Below, piece after piece: positions 10,985 through 24,368 of a DNA stretch of 64,000 nucleotides; the stretch's first letter is position 1; each line of letters begins with the position of its first letter. The stretch lies in assembly GCF_006345805.1 (NCBI RefSeq), contig NC_043002.1:52948001-53012000 (forward strand), given 5' to 3'. The translations under genes were made by a program, and so were the position numbers. Origin of the DNA: Octopus sinensis (taxonomy: Eukaryota). Below the pieces are notes generated by a model. The model worked only from the letters and a program-made list of their open reading frames with translations. It did not search any database and was not told the origin of the DNA.

Positions 10985-11027
10985 ATAAGTGATATGAAAT
11001 GATCAAAACTTCATTGAAATAAAGAGA

Positions 11028-11236
11028 AATCTTTTGTTATCATACTTCTGTTGAGATACTGTGTTTCTTTCAATTAATTTTAAATATAACAAAGAATTTA
11101 ACAAAATAAGTTATGATTAAGCTAATGTTAGGAACTAAGGTTTGGTGAAAGATTTTAATTCAGAACTTTCGAAAAGAAGGCATTTGTACTATAGAACCAA
11201 AGGCAGTTTCAGCCACATTGGTATCAAAAGGATTAA
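11028..11236. mobile_element. piggyBac-like MITE (family G), ~65 nt upstream of the NCX acceptor
   Basis: Ends GGTATCAAAAGGA-TTAA. Internal similarity to ~45478-45659, which ends GGTATCAAAAGAG-TTAA. Confidence 0.6.
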
Positions 11237-12634
11237 AAATCTCCCACTTCAGAGGATAAATAAGAAACCCTTGTGCATTCTCAGGCTACTAGATTCCTAA
11301 TTATGACTGGGGAAGGGAGGTGTATGGGTTTGAATATATACACCATCCTTATTTTGGTTAACAGATAGAGTCACTTACTGTTCTTTATATTATTACACTC
11401 CTTTGAAACCATAAAATATAAGCCTGAAAGATGTCTAATTACTGAATTATCAATGAAAAAGCTAATGCAACACTACATAACATACAGTGTTGCATAAACT
11501 GGTTATTATCCCACTGTATATTGAACTACCATGCTAAATCTTCTCGTCTGGCATAAATTTTACACAAAAATAAACATGTAAATTTAGGCTACTTTGGATA
11601 ATGCATGATCAGAAACCAACAACAATGTCAAAAAACAAATTAGTCATATAATGATATTGCAAGAACAGAATTATATGAAAAATTATCTTCAGTTAGTAAA
11701 TTTTCAATGAATAAATATATCAGCGTCTTAGTTTGAAAACATAATGCTTATTAAAGGGGAGTGTGAAAACCAATAAGAAAGAAAAACAAAACTGAATGTA
11801 GACAGAAAGAATAAGGAAAATGAGTGAGGAATTAATTTAAATAATATGCAAATTAAGAGACTAGTTAGTTAGGGGGAATGTGAAAAGCCTGAAGGGAGTT
11901 TTTTGTTTGTTTTGTTTTTGAGACAAGACTAACAGTAAATAATAAACTATCTCATAAATCTACCATCTGCTTAGTATGTATAGTGATACAACTTCAGGGG
12001 TGTGCTATTTCAGGCCTAATGCTGGACTGTTACCTCATTCAGAGGAGAATCACATACTTTCTAACATCTAGATGCTACAAGGACTTGGATAAGCTCCAGC
12101 CTAACAGACCTGTAGGCTCAAAACAGATTTATACATATACATGCCTTTGGATATATATATATATCTATCTATCTGTCTGTCTGTCTATCTATGTACCAAT
12201 GTGCATATGTATGTATGTATCTATCTATCTATCTATCTATGTATCTATCTGTGTGTTTTTATTATTATATATGAAAGTGAATATTTCATATTTATTCATC
12301 TATATATGTGTATATATTTAAGTATATGAAAATAAATGTGTATTTGTGTGTGTATACACACACAAACACGTGTAGTTTTTAAATCATGTATCAATCATAA
12401 TATTGAGAGATTATGAAAACATCTCCAGGGCATTAATATATTACAAACCAACCCCACTCAAAAAAAACCAGATGAAAAACAAAACATAAAAACCATAACA
12501 CAAACAGAATCAGTCGTTTCTTTCACAAAAATCTGTATAAGAGCTCCCTGAAGCAGAATTTATTAAATTATTCATAAACATGCAAAAATCTTAATTTCAC
12601 TCAGCTGAAGCAAAGAAACCTTTACAAAATACAT

Positions 12635-12675
<41 letters not shown>

Positions 12676-12880
12676 CTGTTTGGAGTAGTCGATGTTCTGA
12701 GAGTTTGAGTTCATAAGAAACTGAACTGCACTTAAGTTATTCCTTATGAGCATTAGAAAACCCATGTGCAGAAACAGGGTCTCTGTATTTAGATACTATC
12801 CATATATAGCTCAACCACAAAATTGTGCAATGAATACACACTAATGTGTGTGTGTGTATGTGTATGTGTGTGTACATACT

Positions 12881-13080
12881 GACATATCTCTGCTGTTGTC
12901 ACCCATAAGAGTACTGGAAGAGAAGGGAATCAAACAAGGAGACACTATCTCTTCAAAACTCTCCAGCACATGTCTCAAGCAGATCATCAGAAAAGTCGAT
13001 TGATGAGGTGGCTTGAACATCTGCGGTGAGCCATTGACCCACCTCCATTTCACAGATGACACTGTGCTCATCACTGAGAC
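12881..13080 (+). pseudogene. RTE-clade LINE reverse transcriptase fragment
   Basis: Reads PIRVLEEKGIKQGDTISSKLSSTCLKQIIRKVD**GGLNICGEPLTHLHFTDDTVLITET, matching the RTE RT motifs KGVRQGDxxSPxLF and LTHLRFADD. Two in-frame stops. Confidence 0.85.
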
Positions 13081-13744
13081 CACACACACACACACACACA
13101 AACACACATATATACACATATACATGGGATGTAAGATAAATGACTGCACAACATCTCATCTATGAAGAACAGGCACGAGAATGTTTTGAAACAATTCTAG
13201 TGGTTTTGAACAATGGATCTCATTAATTTAATTTTCTGTTATCTATTTATCTATCTACCTACCTATCTGTCATCAATATATATATATTGTGTCAAAAAAA
13301 TATTAGTCCAAACACTTTTACTGTAATTCATTTCCAATTTATTAAATATAAAAAAAGTGGACTAGAAATATAATAAAATAAAACCAAAACTCAAGTGATA
13401 ATGATGTGTGTTATTAAGGAGATTGATGATGGAAACGTGAACATGTAACAAAACCAGTTTTGGAGTTTTTGGACAAGAAAATTGATGTATTAGCCCCAAA
13501 GTACAATGTTGGACAGGAAAAGATTAAAGCAAAATCATTAAAAATGATTAATTGTCTTCATCTCAAGAGGGTTAACTTGATCGTACAGGTTATTGTATGT
13601 GAATGGTACGAGTAATCATTTAGTTTGTTAACAATGCTCAGTTCCATATGAGAGAGAGAGAGAAAGAAAGAGGGAGGGCGACAACCTAAGTGTGTATATA
13701 TTTATATGCAATTCATTGTTAACAAGATATTTTTCTTTTTTAAC

Positions 13745-13895
13745 GTTTGCATGGATTGTTTCGGCCTTCTTCTTCAGAATGGTGTCTTTTCACATGTTGC
13801 AGCCATTGTCATTATTTCCTGTGGTTCAACCTTCTGATATCAACTTTCACAACTTCTCATACAATTCTTGGTTTTCCTCTTCCATAGTTTTCTCC
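13745..13895 (-). mobile_element. RTE-like LINE 3' coding remnant
   Basis: Minus strand GRGKPRIV*EVVKVDIRRLNH resembles GRGRPRKTWxEVVxxDLRxL. Confidence 0.55.
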
Positions 13896-13949
13896 ACCAC
13901 ACACACACACACATTTGCAATTTCTAGGACTGTCTTTTTTCCTTTATAA

Positions 13950-14260
13950 CAGGGGTTCTCAACTGGGGTTCATATAAGATTTTTGGGTGTCCACAGATGC
14001 AATATAGTAAATTAGGGGTCCACAGTAATTTTTCAGGGGCTATGAAAAAATTGTGCTTCAGACCAGTAAAGTTTATGTGCAGCAAATTTTTTATACGTCT
14101 ACAATGCTCAAAATATTATAACATTTTTCATACAAGTCCTATTAATATTTAATTATAAAAATACAATAGGATCTTTTAAACATCAACAGGCTATGGTAGT
14201 TCACCCAAGTAAAATAGAAACCAAAGGGGTCAATAGGTAAAAAATGGTTGAGAACCCTTG
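13950..14260. mobile_element. hAT-like MITE
   Basis: TIRs CAGGGGTTCTCAAC / GTTGAGAACCCTTG (13/14). 8-bp flanks CTTTATAA / CTCTATAT match at 6/8. Confidence 0.8.
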
Positions 14261-14584
14261 CTCTATATGCATAACATGTCAATACAAGAAGAGTCTTCTC
14301 TCTTGCACACTGATTCCCAATCATCTCTTACCCCAGTCTTTCTCTTAAATAATTTGGACTCTGTCATTCATGCCCACTTACATTACACATTGAGCAGAGC
14401 ATAATCACCTCATTTCTTTCCAGCTTTCACACAGCTTTTTTCATTCAATACCCATGTTTTGCCACAATGTGACACTGGACTCATGCAGACATACACATGC
14501 AAATATACACATATATACACACATACATACATGTAGAAACACTCATATACTTATGCAGAAAAATACATATTTATGTAATAGTAA

Positions 14585-15049
14585 TTATTAGTGACAGAAT
14601 CAGTATTAGTATCAAAAAGCAATCTTTATATCCAACTTAACATGGATGTTTGGTTAGAACACTGAATACTGCAGCATTTGCTTTGAGAAGTTTTCTTATT
14701 TAGACGTATGGTGTATAGAAGCATAGGAGAATAGAAAAATTCTATATGTTGTGGTGGTGAGATTTGGCTGGCATGCAGTCACCAGATGCCTGTCACTGAA
14801 AATGTGCAGTATGCTGAAATCACATGATCTAGCAGTTACTGTACTCATACCAGATGACCCCCACCTACTATAATATATGTCTATGCTTTTATGCACCACA
14901 CATCTATGAAAGGACCCATCAAGGTGAATACTGCAATATTCAGCATTCTAACAAGACATTCATTCACGTTAAGTTGGACATAAAGATTGCCTTTTACATA
15001 TTTATATAGTTATTCTATATCACAATGTGTGAAAGTAGTGTCACTGATT
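14585..15049. mobile_element. Decayed long-TIR fold-back element
   Basis: ~80-bp inverted arms: AAAAGCAATCTTTATATCCAACTTAAC...GAATACTGCAG (~14612-14690) vs CTGCAATATTC...GTTAAGTTGGACATAAAGATTGCCTTTT (~14915-14996). Confidence 0.65.
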
Positions 15050-16599
15050 ACAAGGCTTTTGTAACATGCCTACCTTTGATATTAATGCATCTTACAGAAG
15101 CACATTTTACAATTATTGGTTTGACTTTAAAACAAGTATCAGTGATATATACAGGATATAATTTCAACTAACTACATTCCAACTATAAATGCTCATAAGA
15201 AAGTCATTAATATCATAACTGCTATCCGATATTTCCATTTCATACAAATTCTTAAATCTGAAATCTTGAGCCAATTAAAAAATAAAATCTGCTGAAGATG
15301 AAGAAGCAAGAAATTCAATTTGTATCAGAATACCTTTTCCAAATTACTGCAGTGTCGACCTACATTTAAAACCTAAGCAAAAAGGTTTGTTCAGAATTAC
15401 AATCCCCTTATTTCAGGTCTTATTCTTTCTTTCTTTCTTTCTTTTTTCTTTTTTTTTTTTTTGCAATATAGATTCGCTTCTTGCGAGTGGAACTCAGGTA
15501 TTGGGTTGGCATGAGAGAGAATAAATGATAGAGCTTTTGCTATATGATTATGTACAAAGAGATTTGAAAAAAATAGAGGAGGATCTTATGACAGAAATTA
15601 CATGGCAATGAATAAATGATACTGGGAGGAGTGAGTGAGTGAGAGAGAGAGAGGGAGAGAGAGAGAGGGAGGGAGAGAGAGAGGAGAGAGAGAGAGAGAG
15701 AGAGAGATGGGGATTAGGGATTGCATGAATTGAAAATATTGCTTATTTATTTTCTTGCTTCAGTCTTTGTTTTCCATTACTATTAATGTCCATATTTTGA
15801 ACAACTCAAGGAAGAAAGACACACACACACACACACATACATACTTGCAGAAAGACAGACAGACAGATAATAGAAGCAGCCTGTATATGAGCATATATAC
15901 ATTTATATGAGTAATATGTGACTTTTCTTAGAGCTAAGTATAAATTATCTGTCAGCTAAGGATGATGGTAACTGTTTAAAAATCCTTCAAAAATTCCCTA
16001 GCATGTCATTAAAAGTTGGAACCGAAAGTTAAAAAAAGAAGAAACAAAAACAAAGAAAATAAAAAGATATACATTTGTACAAGTTATATGATAGTTAAAG
16101 CTACAGATGTCCTCCAGTTTAATGGATGCTTATGCAAATAGTCTTTAATTAAACTAGTCATAACTTTTGAAAAAATATACATTTCAGTGATTAACAAAAG
16201 AAAGATACAAAACAAAATTAACAATCTAATAGCTGAAGTCTGTAATTAATGCAAGAAAAACAAAAACAACAAACAACAACAACAAAGACTGAATATATTT
16301 TCTGCATCTTGCATGCTAGGAATTTAACGTAAATCAATCATATACTAAATAAATGTAAAATATATATAAATATATCCATATATATATAGATATATTTATA
16401 TATATGTATGTATGTGTTATTGAGCAGCCACTCTTTAAATATTTATATTATTTCCTTTTTATTTCTATTTCTCTCTTTCTTTATGTAACATAATTCAGTT
16501 AATTAGAAATATTGTTAAAAACAACCAGTTAGCAGAGTTATACGTCAGGAGCTATGACATGTTAGCAAAGTAATTCTATACAATTTCAAAAATTGCTCA

Positions 16600-16790
16600 T
16601 TAGCTCACAGAATAATTTTATAAATGATGATGGTGATGATGATGATGATATTAACAATAACAACACTGACGGTGAAAACAATGATGAAGGTAGTAATAGC
16701 AGTGATGATGAAGATGATTATAATGGTCTTAGGAATAATGATAATGGTGACAGTAATGAGGATATTGATGATGATAATGATAGCAACAAA
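16600..16790. repeat. Cryptic GAT/AAT/AAC trinucleotide low-complexity tract
   Basis: Produces the D/N-rich and M/I-rich spurious ORFs; a similar tract lies at ~39120-39180. Confidence 0.85.
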
Positions 16791-17334
16791 ATTGTTGGTT
16801 TTCTGGGTTTTTTTTTATTTCCCAATCTTTTCATTACAATAGACTAATTGCAGATAGCAAAAGACGAACATTTTTCAATTTGATAGGGAAAATAGGTTTG
16901 ATAATTTGTACAGTTATGTTGATAAAAGGACTATGGAGTACAACGGTTCTTGAATAGGAGGAAAAACAGGGGTTAATTCTAATAGAGCTTACTTTATTGA
17001 ATATATTAGGATGCTACAGGTAGCTTTCATTTGCTTCATAATAATGATTATTTGAAAAACAAAATTGACAAAATAAAGTTTGTTGCTGCTCAGAAGGAAC
17101 TGCAAGAAGAGTTTGTCTAATGAAAGGTAAAAACTATTGGAGCAAAATATGAGAAGATGTATTGTTTGGTTATAAAAGAGCCTTAGGCAGTAGAAATTAT
17201 ATATTATGTGTATGTGTGTATAAATTATAATACTGTGTGTGCTTGTCACCCTCCACTGCATAACAGCCAGTGCTGGCTTGATTATGTGTCCATGACTTAA
17301 CAGCTGAGCATAAGAGATAAATAGGATAGGCAAA

Positions 17335-17674
17335 GGGTAAAGATCCCCTTCGGTCATGAATGATCATGGGATTGCACCTAGAAAGTTACCCTCTGAGGTA
17401 AAAGTCTGGGAAAGGTTGTTTATGGAAGACCAGCAATCACCCATGAATACCAGCCTCTCTTCTGCTGCCATTGTTGTTGTCCAAAGAAAAGGCAAAGGCT
17501 GATACAGCTTGGCACCAGTGATGTCACAACTCATTTCTACAGCTGAGTGAACTGGAGCAACATGAAATAAAGTGTCTTGCTCAAGAACACAACACACTAT
17601 CCAGTCTAGGAATTAAATCCACTACCTCATGATTGCAAGCCTTATGCTCTAACCACTAGGCCATTCCACTTCAC
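17335..17674 (-). mobile_element. tRNA-type SINE, family B
   Basis: Signature GGTAAAGA..CCC.TTCGGTCATGAATGACCATGGGATTGCACCTAGAAAG...CTACAGCTGAGTGAACTGGAGCAAC, with the tRNA-like head reversed at the right end. Confidence 0.82.
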
Positions 17675-19332
17675 AATAGAATAAGTACCAGGTTTAAAAT
17701 GAAAGGGCTGGGGGTTGATTCGTTCAACTAAAACCCTTCAATATGGTACCCCAGCAAGGCTGCAATCCAATGACTGAAACCAGTAAAAGACAAATGATAG
17801 TAGTTATTCATATCTATTACAAAAATGAAGAGGTAACCCCCACCACCAAAAAAAGAAAAGAAAAATACCAGCAAACAGCTGTGCATTGCTAAAAGATATT
17901 TGGGAGTAGGATGCTAGCCAGGTAGTGGGGTGACACAATTCTGTAATATTACAGCGGATAGAGCTCCTTGAGAATTTTTATGTAATATTTCTAATAAAAT
18001 GCAACCTATAATGTTTCAAAATTGTTATTTTGGTAGCAATCTACCTGTATGTACCGAACACTTTATGTAATATTTCTCACTTTTCTCGACAGAAATATTA
18101 AACATGGTTCTAAATATAGAGATGTTTGCACAGATTGCTATCTAAACCCAGTTGGATTATCTGCTGAAATAAGCAACGGATATGAAAGGATTTAAAACCA
18201 AACAGTGTGAGCCAGTAGTATTCTAGTGTCCTAGCCAGTTAACCAGGTTGGTACTAATGTAAGAAATAAAGAAACTCTTTCTTGAAACATATAAATAGAT
18301 AGTTAGATAAGTTCAAACACATGGGTTTATGCAACCATGGGGACTGGAGTGTTACAAAAACAAGACTGTTTTCATAAACTGTGATGTAGCAGGGAATGTA
18401 GAATCTTGCTCTTCATGGCTAAGAGAAGAATAAGTGTTCTGAGGAAAGATAATTAGATTACAGATTTAGAACTGTTAAGGCACCTCTGTTGGCAAAGGAA
18501 CTGACGTAACAACAGTAATAGCAATGCAAGCGCTGTTGCTGTTTTTATCAAGTGAAGTGGAATTTATACAGAAATCTGACCACCTTCTTATGTCTCAAGT
18601 ACTTGGCATTGGATGGACATCAGGAAAAATAAATCTTTATCTATGCTACAAATAAAAAGACCAAACTTTTTCATGTGCACAACGTTGTTTGTCAATATTT
18701 TTATCTAGAAGAAGCTGAACAAAAAGTATAAAACCTATAAGGTTTCAGAAATTGTTATTTTTGTAGCAATCTACCTGCGTGCACCAGAACATTTTATACT
18801 AAAGAATATGAGTGATAGTTAAAAGGATGCTAATTATATTCTGGTACCAAGTCAAGATGAATGCTAAGAAAGCCGTTAGTGAGAGCCCGTCTACTTGCAA
18901 TTTTCCTCACAAGGCAAATGGGATATTAAACCTTACTTCATACCCACAACTCATAGCTAAAAAGAGACACTGTACTAGTGATGCTTCTATATAGCACAGC
19001 AGTTTGGTAGGAAGCCAACTCCTTCAAACAGTGCTACAGATTTCTAATAATAATGTTACAGATTACTTATACTCTGAAATATCTCTGGTAATTAGTCCCA
19101 GCGAGGAAAATATTTCCAATATACATGCAAGTTTTAAATTCTTTTCTTTTTCTTTTCGCTAAACCAGCTAATTAAGCCATAGAAGGTGACATATTAAAAA
19201 TAGAGTATTAAAAGTGATAAAATCTTCATATTACACTAATATATAACAAGGTGTTTACATAATCAGGTAACTGGACTCAGAGATTATGGTGTATAAAGTA
19301 AGAGGTAATGCAAATAAGGATATATAATGATG

Positions 19333-19369
<37 letters not shown>

Positions 19370-19371
<2 letters not shown>

Positions 19372-20090
19372 GGGTGGCAAGCTGGCAGAATCAATTACAT
19401 GCCGGGCAAAATGCTTGGCGGTGTTTTGCCCATCTTTACATTCTGAGTTCAAATTCCACTGAGGTTGACTTTGCCTTTTATCCTTTCAAGGTTGATGAAA
19501 TAAGTACCAGTCAAATACTGGGACCAATATAATCGACTAGGCCCCCCCCCCAAAAAAAAAAATTTCAGGCATTGTGCTTATAGTAGAAAGGATTATCATT
19601 ATTATTATTATTATTTAATAATAGTAATAATAAGGTGGCAAGCTGGCAAAATCATTAGCATGCCAAACAAAATGTTTATTGTGATTTTGTCTTTATGTTC
19701 TGATTTCAAACACTGCTGAGGTTGACCTTGTCTTTCATCCTTTCAAGGTCGAGAAAATAAGTGCAAGTTGAACACTGGGAGTTGATGTAAATCAACTTAC
19801 TCCATACATAAAATTACTAACCTTGTGCCAAGATTTGAAACCATTAGTACTACTACTGAAATTATTATTATTGCTGTTATTAAGGTTGTTAGCTGGCAGA
19901 ATTGTTTCTGTGTCAGACAAATTGCTTAGCGGCATTTCTTCTGGCTGTTTACATTGTTTGTTCAAATGCCACCAAGTTCAGATTTGCATTCCACCCTTTT
20001 GGGAAGTACTAGTCAAGTACTTAAGTTGATATAATCAACTAATTACTCACACAAAAAAATTGCTTGCCCAGTGCAAAAATTTGAAACATC
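19370..20090 (+). mobile_element. Three head-to-tail family C SINEs
   Basis: (A)GCTGGCA(G/A)AA heads at ~19372, ~19634 and ~19884, separated by (ATT/AAT)n tracts. Confidence 0.78.
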
Positions 20091-20351
20091 ATTGTTGTTA
20101 TAATTTTCATCAGATACAGGCATAACTTTACAATTCTGTGATTTCAGGTTGGATACCAGAGTATAGTGCCGTGACCAAATTTTTCCTATTTTAAGTTGAC
20201 TCTGCAATTAGAATCTGATAGACTAAAACTATGCAAACATTCATAATTTGTATGTGAACCTATCTTTAAAAAACACTTTTAAAAGTCAGTGTTGAGAATG
20301 CTACCTCTGTTTATGTCCCATACTTAAGCAGTTCAACAGATCTGTCAAATC

Positions 20352-20700
20352 ACCATCATCATATTTAATGTCTGTTTTCCATGCTGGCATAGGTTGGACA
20401 GTTTGACTGGAGATGGCCAGCTGAAGAGCTGCCCAGGTTCCATATCTATTTAGGCAGGGTTTCTACAGCTGATGCCCTTCCTAATGCCAACCACTTTACA
20501 GTGTATTGGGTGCTTTTATGTGGCACCGGCACAGGTGCTTTTTACATGGCACCAGCATCCACAAGCCTGCAAGGTTAAGATCGCTTAGCTGAAGAGGGAT
20601 GAGGGATGTTGGGGACATGCCTACATACAAGGACAACCGCAATTTTACTTAGCTTGATGTGTCTCCTCAAGCACAACAAATCACCAGAGATCTTGGTCCT
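20352..20700 (-). mobile_element. RTE-like LINE 3' end/3'UTR with (TGA)n tail (family D)
   Basis: Signature GGCATCCAGC(T/C)GTAGAAACC...CCAACCCATGCCAGCATGGAAAA..GACATTAAATGATGAT. Related copies at ~4378-4500(-), 25620-25808(+), 39770-39955(+), 52120-52250(+), 63440-63600(-), 63860-63970(+). Confidence 0.65.
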
Positions 20701-22184
20701 TCAAATAGAGATCAATAATGAGGACAACGCTAAAATGAGTACCAAAATCAATATAATCCACTAAAAACTTTGATGAACCAGCATGAATAAAGTTGGATGA
20801 CTGAAGCCAGTAAAAAAAAGTAGAATGTTTAAAGAATTAGTGGCATGATTATGTTGCTGAAACTTGGGTCTTTGGATTTGCTAGACATCATCCAGATAAT
20901 ATCATCTCTTAATTTTCCCAACATCTACCTTAGTTTGTTTGTTGTTTTTTAGTTTGTTTTTTTTTACTTTTTCTGATCATCTATTAGTAAATTCATTTTG
21001 ATTTCTTTCACAAGACATTAAAAGAGTGAAAACACCCAATCAACTAATGTAAATAATTACAAAAGTATTTCTGTGCCCAAGTTTATTCCACAGACATCAG
21101 AATATCAGATTAAATAGTGGATTCCAATTAAAACTTAATTTTATTGATGAGTTAAAACAAGAACTGACAGCCTCACTTTCAATGGGTTTAACAATCTGAC
21201 AATTACCTTAAGATGAAGAAACAACAGACTTCAAAGAGACAACATTTCCATTAAATTAATTTTGATAATGAATCTTCTACAGACCGAAACACTGATTATT
21301 TACTCCAATATTTAAAGCTGTATCTAATGCCATCTTTGTGAATTAATGTGTAATTATCACAATACATTTATATGAAATGCATAGAGATATATCAAATTTT
21401 TTTTTTTATATCTGATAACCCAAATATTAAACTGACAGCATGGCTGGTCCATACAGTTGAAGAATTAGTATGATGTCCAATGAATTAGAAATATGATGAT
21501 AGCACTTCAATTTATCCAAAATATAGATAAACATATGGTGTGTTAAGCTGATTGAGTGATAACAAGGTTCAGAACTGGAACAGGTTACCCTTGACTGAAA
21601 TAGCTACAAATCAATTTATTAATCAACTAAAGTTCAATGCAATACTGCTTGTCAATAGTGAAACAACAAGGTAGTATCTATGCTAGAAATAGCAACCAAA
21701 TCTCTCTCAAATGTTATCCTGAAATATCTTTTAAAAAGAAAAAAGCAACATAAATTTACAAAAATGCTCATGCCCCAGTATGAAGGGTGATTTATATAAC
21801 AATAGTTTAACTGCCTAATACATGGAAAACATTCAGAATTAATAACCCTTTATCTTTTATTTGTTTCAGTCATTTGACTGCAGTCATGCCAGGGCACTGC
21901 CTTGATGGGTTTTAGTCAAACAAATTGACCACCGGACTTTTTTTTTAAGTCTAAGTACTTATTCTATCAGTCTATTTTGTAGAATTGCTAAGTTACAGGG
22001 ATGTGAACACACCTTTTGAACTACAGGTACTACCCATTTTTGTCAGTAGAATGAACTGGAGTAATGTGAAATAAAGCATTTTGCCCAAGGACACAACACA
22101 CCACTAGGAATTGAACTCACTGTCATGAGCCAAAGAACCTAACCACTAAGCCAGTGCCTTCACAAATGTAATACACTGTAAAAT

Positions 22185-22455
22185 GCATTACATGTTTTAC
22201 ACATTGTAAAACGCATTGTGGAGGAACACAAACTTCATACTCCTTACACACTGTAAAATGGTTTTTTACAGAGTAACAAGGTAATTCATACTTCCTGCAT
22301 ATTATAAACTGTTCTTTTTTTAAACAGAAATCATTTCATACTCTCTTACTCATTGTAAGCTGTTTTTATGGAGTAACGTGTAATTTCATACTTTCTACAC
22401 ATTGTAAAATGTTTTTGTTGGGTAACAACAGCTTTCATTTTGTAAAACATTCATT
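22185..22455. repeat. Degenerate ~50-bp minisatellite, ~5 copies
   Basis: TCATACT...ACA(C/T)TGTAAAATG...GTAAC; TCAT anchors at 22235, 22286, 22336, 22386 and 22435. Confidence 0.75.
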
Positions 22456-24368
22456 ACACAGTGTCATTTGTTATGTAATGAAGATTATTTCTAAACAGAA
22501 GCAAAACAGGCAGAGTGATACAAAAATTTTTTTATACATAATTCAAAGTGACATGAGAATCTAATCAGTTCTACATAAGCATATGCAGACAACTGGAGAA
22601 AGAGTTATCCAAATGGAAGCTGCAAAGAAAGAAACATTATTAAGAAACTTGAATAGAGTTTTAGTTCTTTGTATGGAAAACAAATTGTGAGGTTTCCTTT
22701 AAGAACAAACAGATGCCTCTTTCAATTTCCATCAGTATATTTTCTTTATTTATTTTAAAATTTATTCAGGTAAAAATAAACATTCCACACCATATTATTT
22801 GACTAAATTCTGGCATAAAATAGCACAGTAGTTGACAACTAAACAAATTATATTTGTTCATGTTTGTTCCATCAGCACTGCAGCAGCATAAGAAATATTC
22901 AAGTGTAAAAGATATGATCTATTTTACAGGTGACACACTCCAAGATCTATCAATACAATTACTCGGTGGATGTCATACCTTAAAAGCATCTGCTGTCATC
23001 GGCAACAGCGTAATTTGAGAATGAAATCCGACTCCACTTCACATTTTTCTAAATAGAACAGATGTTAGGAGCACATTTTAATAGATTTTTACCACACGTA
23101 TGATGTATTCATTGCCTTTTACATTCTAAGCTCTGCACTATGAGAAGAGGTTCCTGCTGTCATATAGCATAATCAGAAAGTGTGTAAGGTTTGTACCTCA
23201 AACTGATAAGTTACCAACAACTTGGATGCATCCTCGAGTAACACACATAAACACAGCAGGGTGTTAACTGTTGAAATTAAGCATCACAACAAAGTCTGTT
23301 GTGTTTGTAATATTGCTAATTGTGATAAGACTATAAATGTTAAAATTCTACTGTTGACTTCTTTTAAGGCACAAAAGATACCTGGTGGTAGAGATGAGAT
23401 ACAAAGTAACATGAGAGAAGATCTGAGAGCAAGCCAATTGCCAAGTTCACACTTAGCTGATAAACATAATACAGGCAAAATGAATTTGTTAAAGAATGAC
23501 ACCGAGATGCATGCTTAATGAAATATTCTGTATTAGCAACAAAAAAATATTTATGAGAAATATGTGTAGTTGTAAAGAAAGTGAGATCAGTTCCACTAAC
23601 TGTAACTTGCAGGTTATGAATTCCAGAGCTTTGTAACAGTATCTTATGCTAGCTTCATACCTAACCTCGAAAGCCTTGCATTCAATGCCAATAGCTACAC
23701 CAAGCCTTCAATACATTCCACTCCATATCTACTTTCAATACAAAAGACACTCAAAATAGATTTACTGCTACTTATTAAAAACAATCAATGGATGAATAGT
23801 TGGTGTCTGAAACTAAATGCCACAGAACCTATAATAATATTCTACCACTATCAAGCACAAGTTTACCATCATAAGCATTCTTTGATGATATTAATATACT
23901 TATTTCTCATGAGGACAACTATGGAATAAGATAAATTTAGGACTTAATTAGCATACCAATCAATCTGGCACATACTGCACTAAGAAACATTAGACAAAAA
24001 TATAATTTTACCATTTGTTTCACACCAATTAGTAATATGTATCAACTACTGTCATCACTAATAAATTTGACTGCTACAGTTTATTATTCTATACAATATC
24101 CTTAGAAGAAACACAAAGAAAATGAGAACTTGATTGCTCTTGCATTAATAGAGAATAAACATGGCGAGCTGGCAGAATTGTTAACACATCAAACAAAATG
24201 CTTAGCAGTATTTCTTCCAACTCATTAGGTTTCAAAGTTCAAATTCCACTGAGGTCTACTTTGTCTTTCATCTTTTGGGACTAATGAAATTTAGTACCAG
24301 TTGAGCACTGAAGTCAAAGTAAATGAATAACCTTTTCCTCACATACAAAAAAAAAATACTAGCATTGT

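Noticed and set aside
15420-15500. Long T tract plus AG plus 26 nt plus GTATTG, resembling a plus-strand microexon
   Set aside because: Antisense to NCX, not a multiple of 3, and the T tract is more simply a reversed poly(A) or simple repeat.
22870-22890. TCAGCAC half-site resembling RE1/NRSE
   Set aside because: The second half-site is missing and REST is not expected in molluscs.
23284-23502. Hydrophobic 72-aa minus-strand ORF
   Set aside because: No NCX transmembrane motif (GSSAPE/GTSVPD). Hydrophobic ORFs are expected on T-rich strands.
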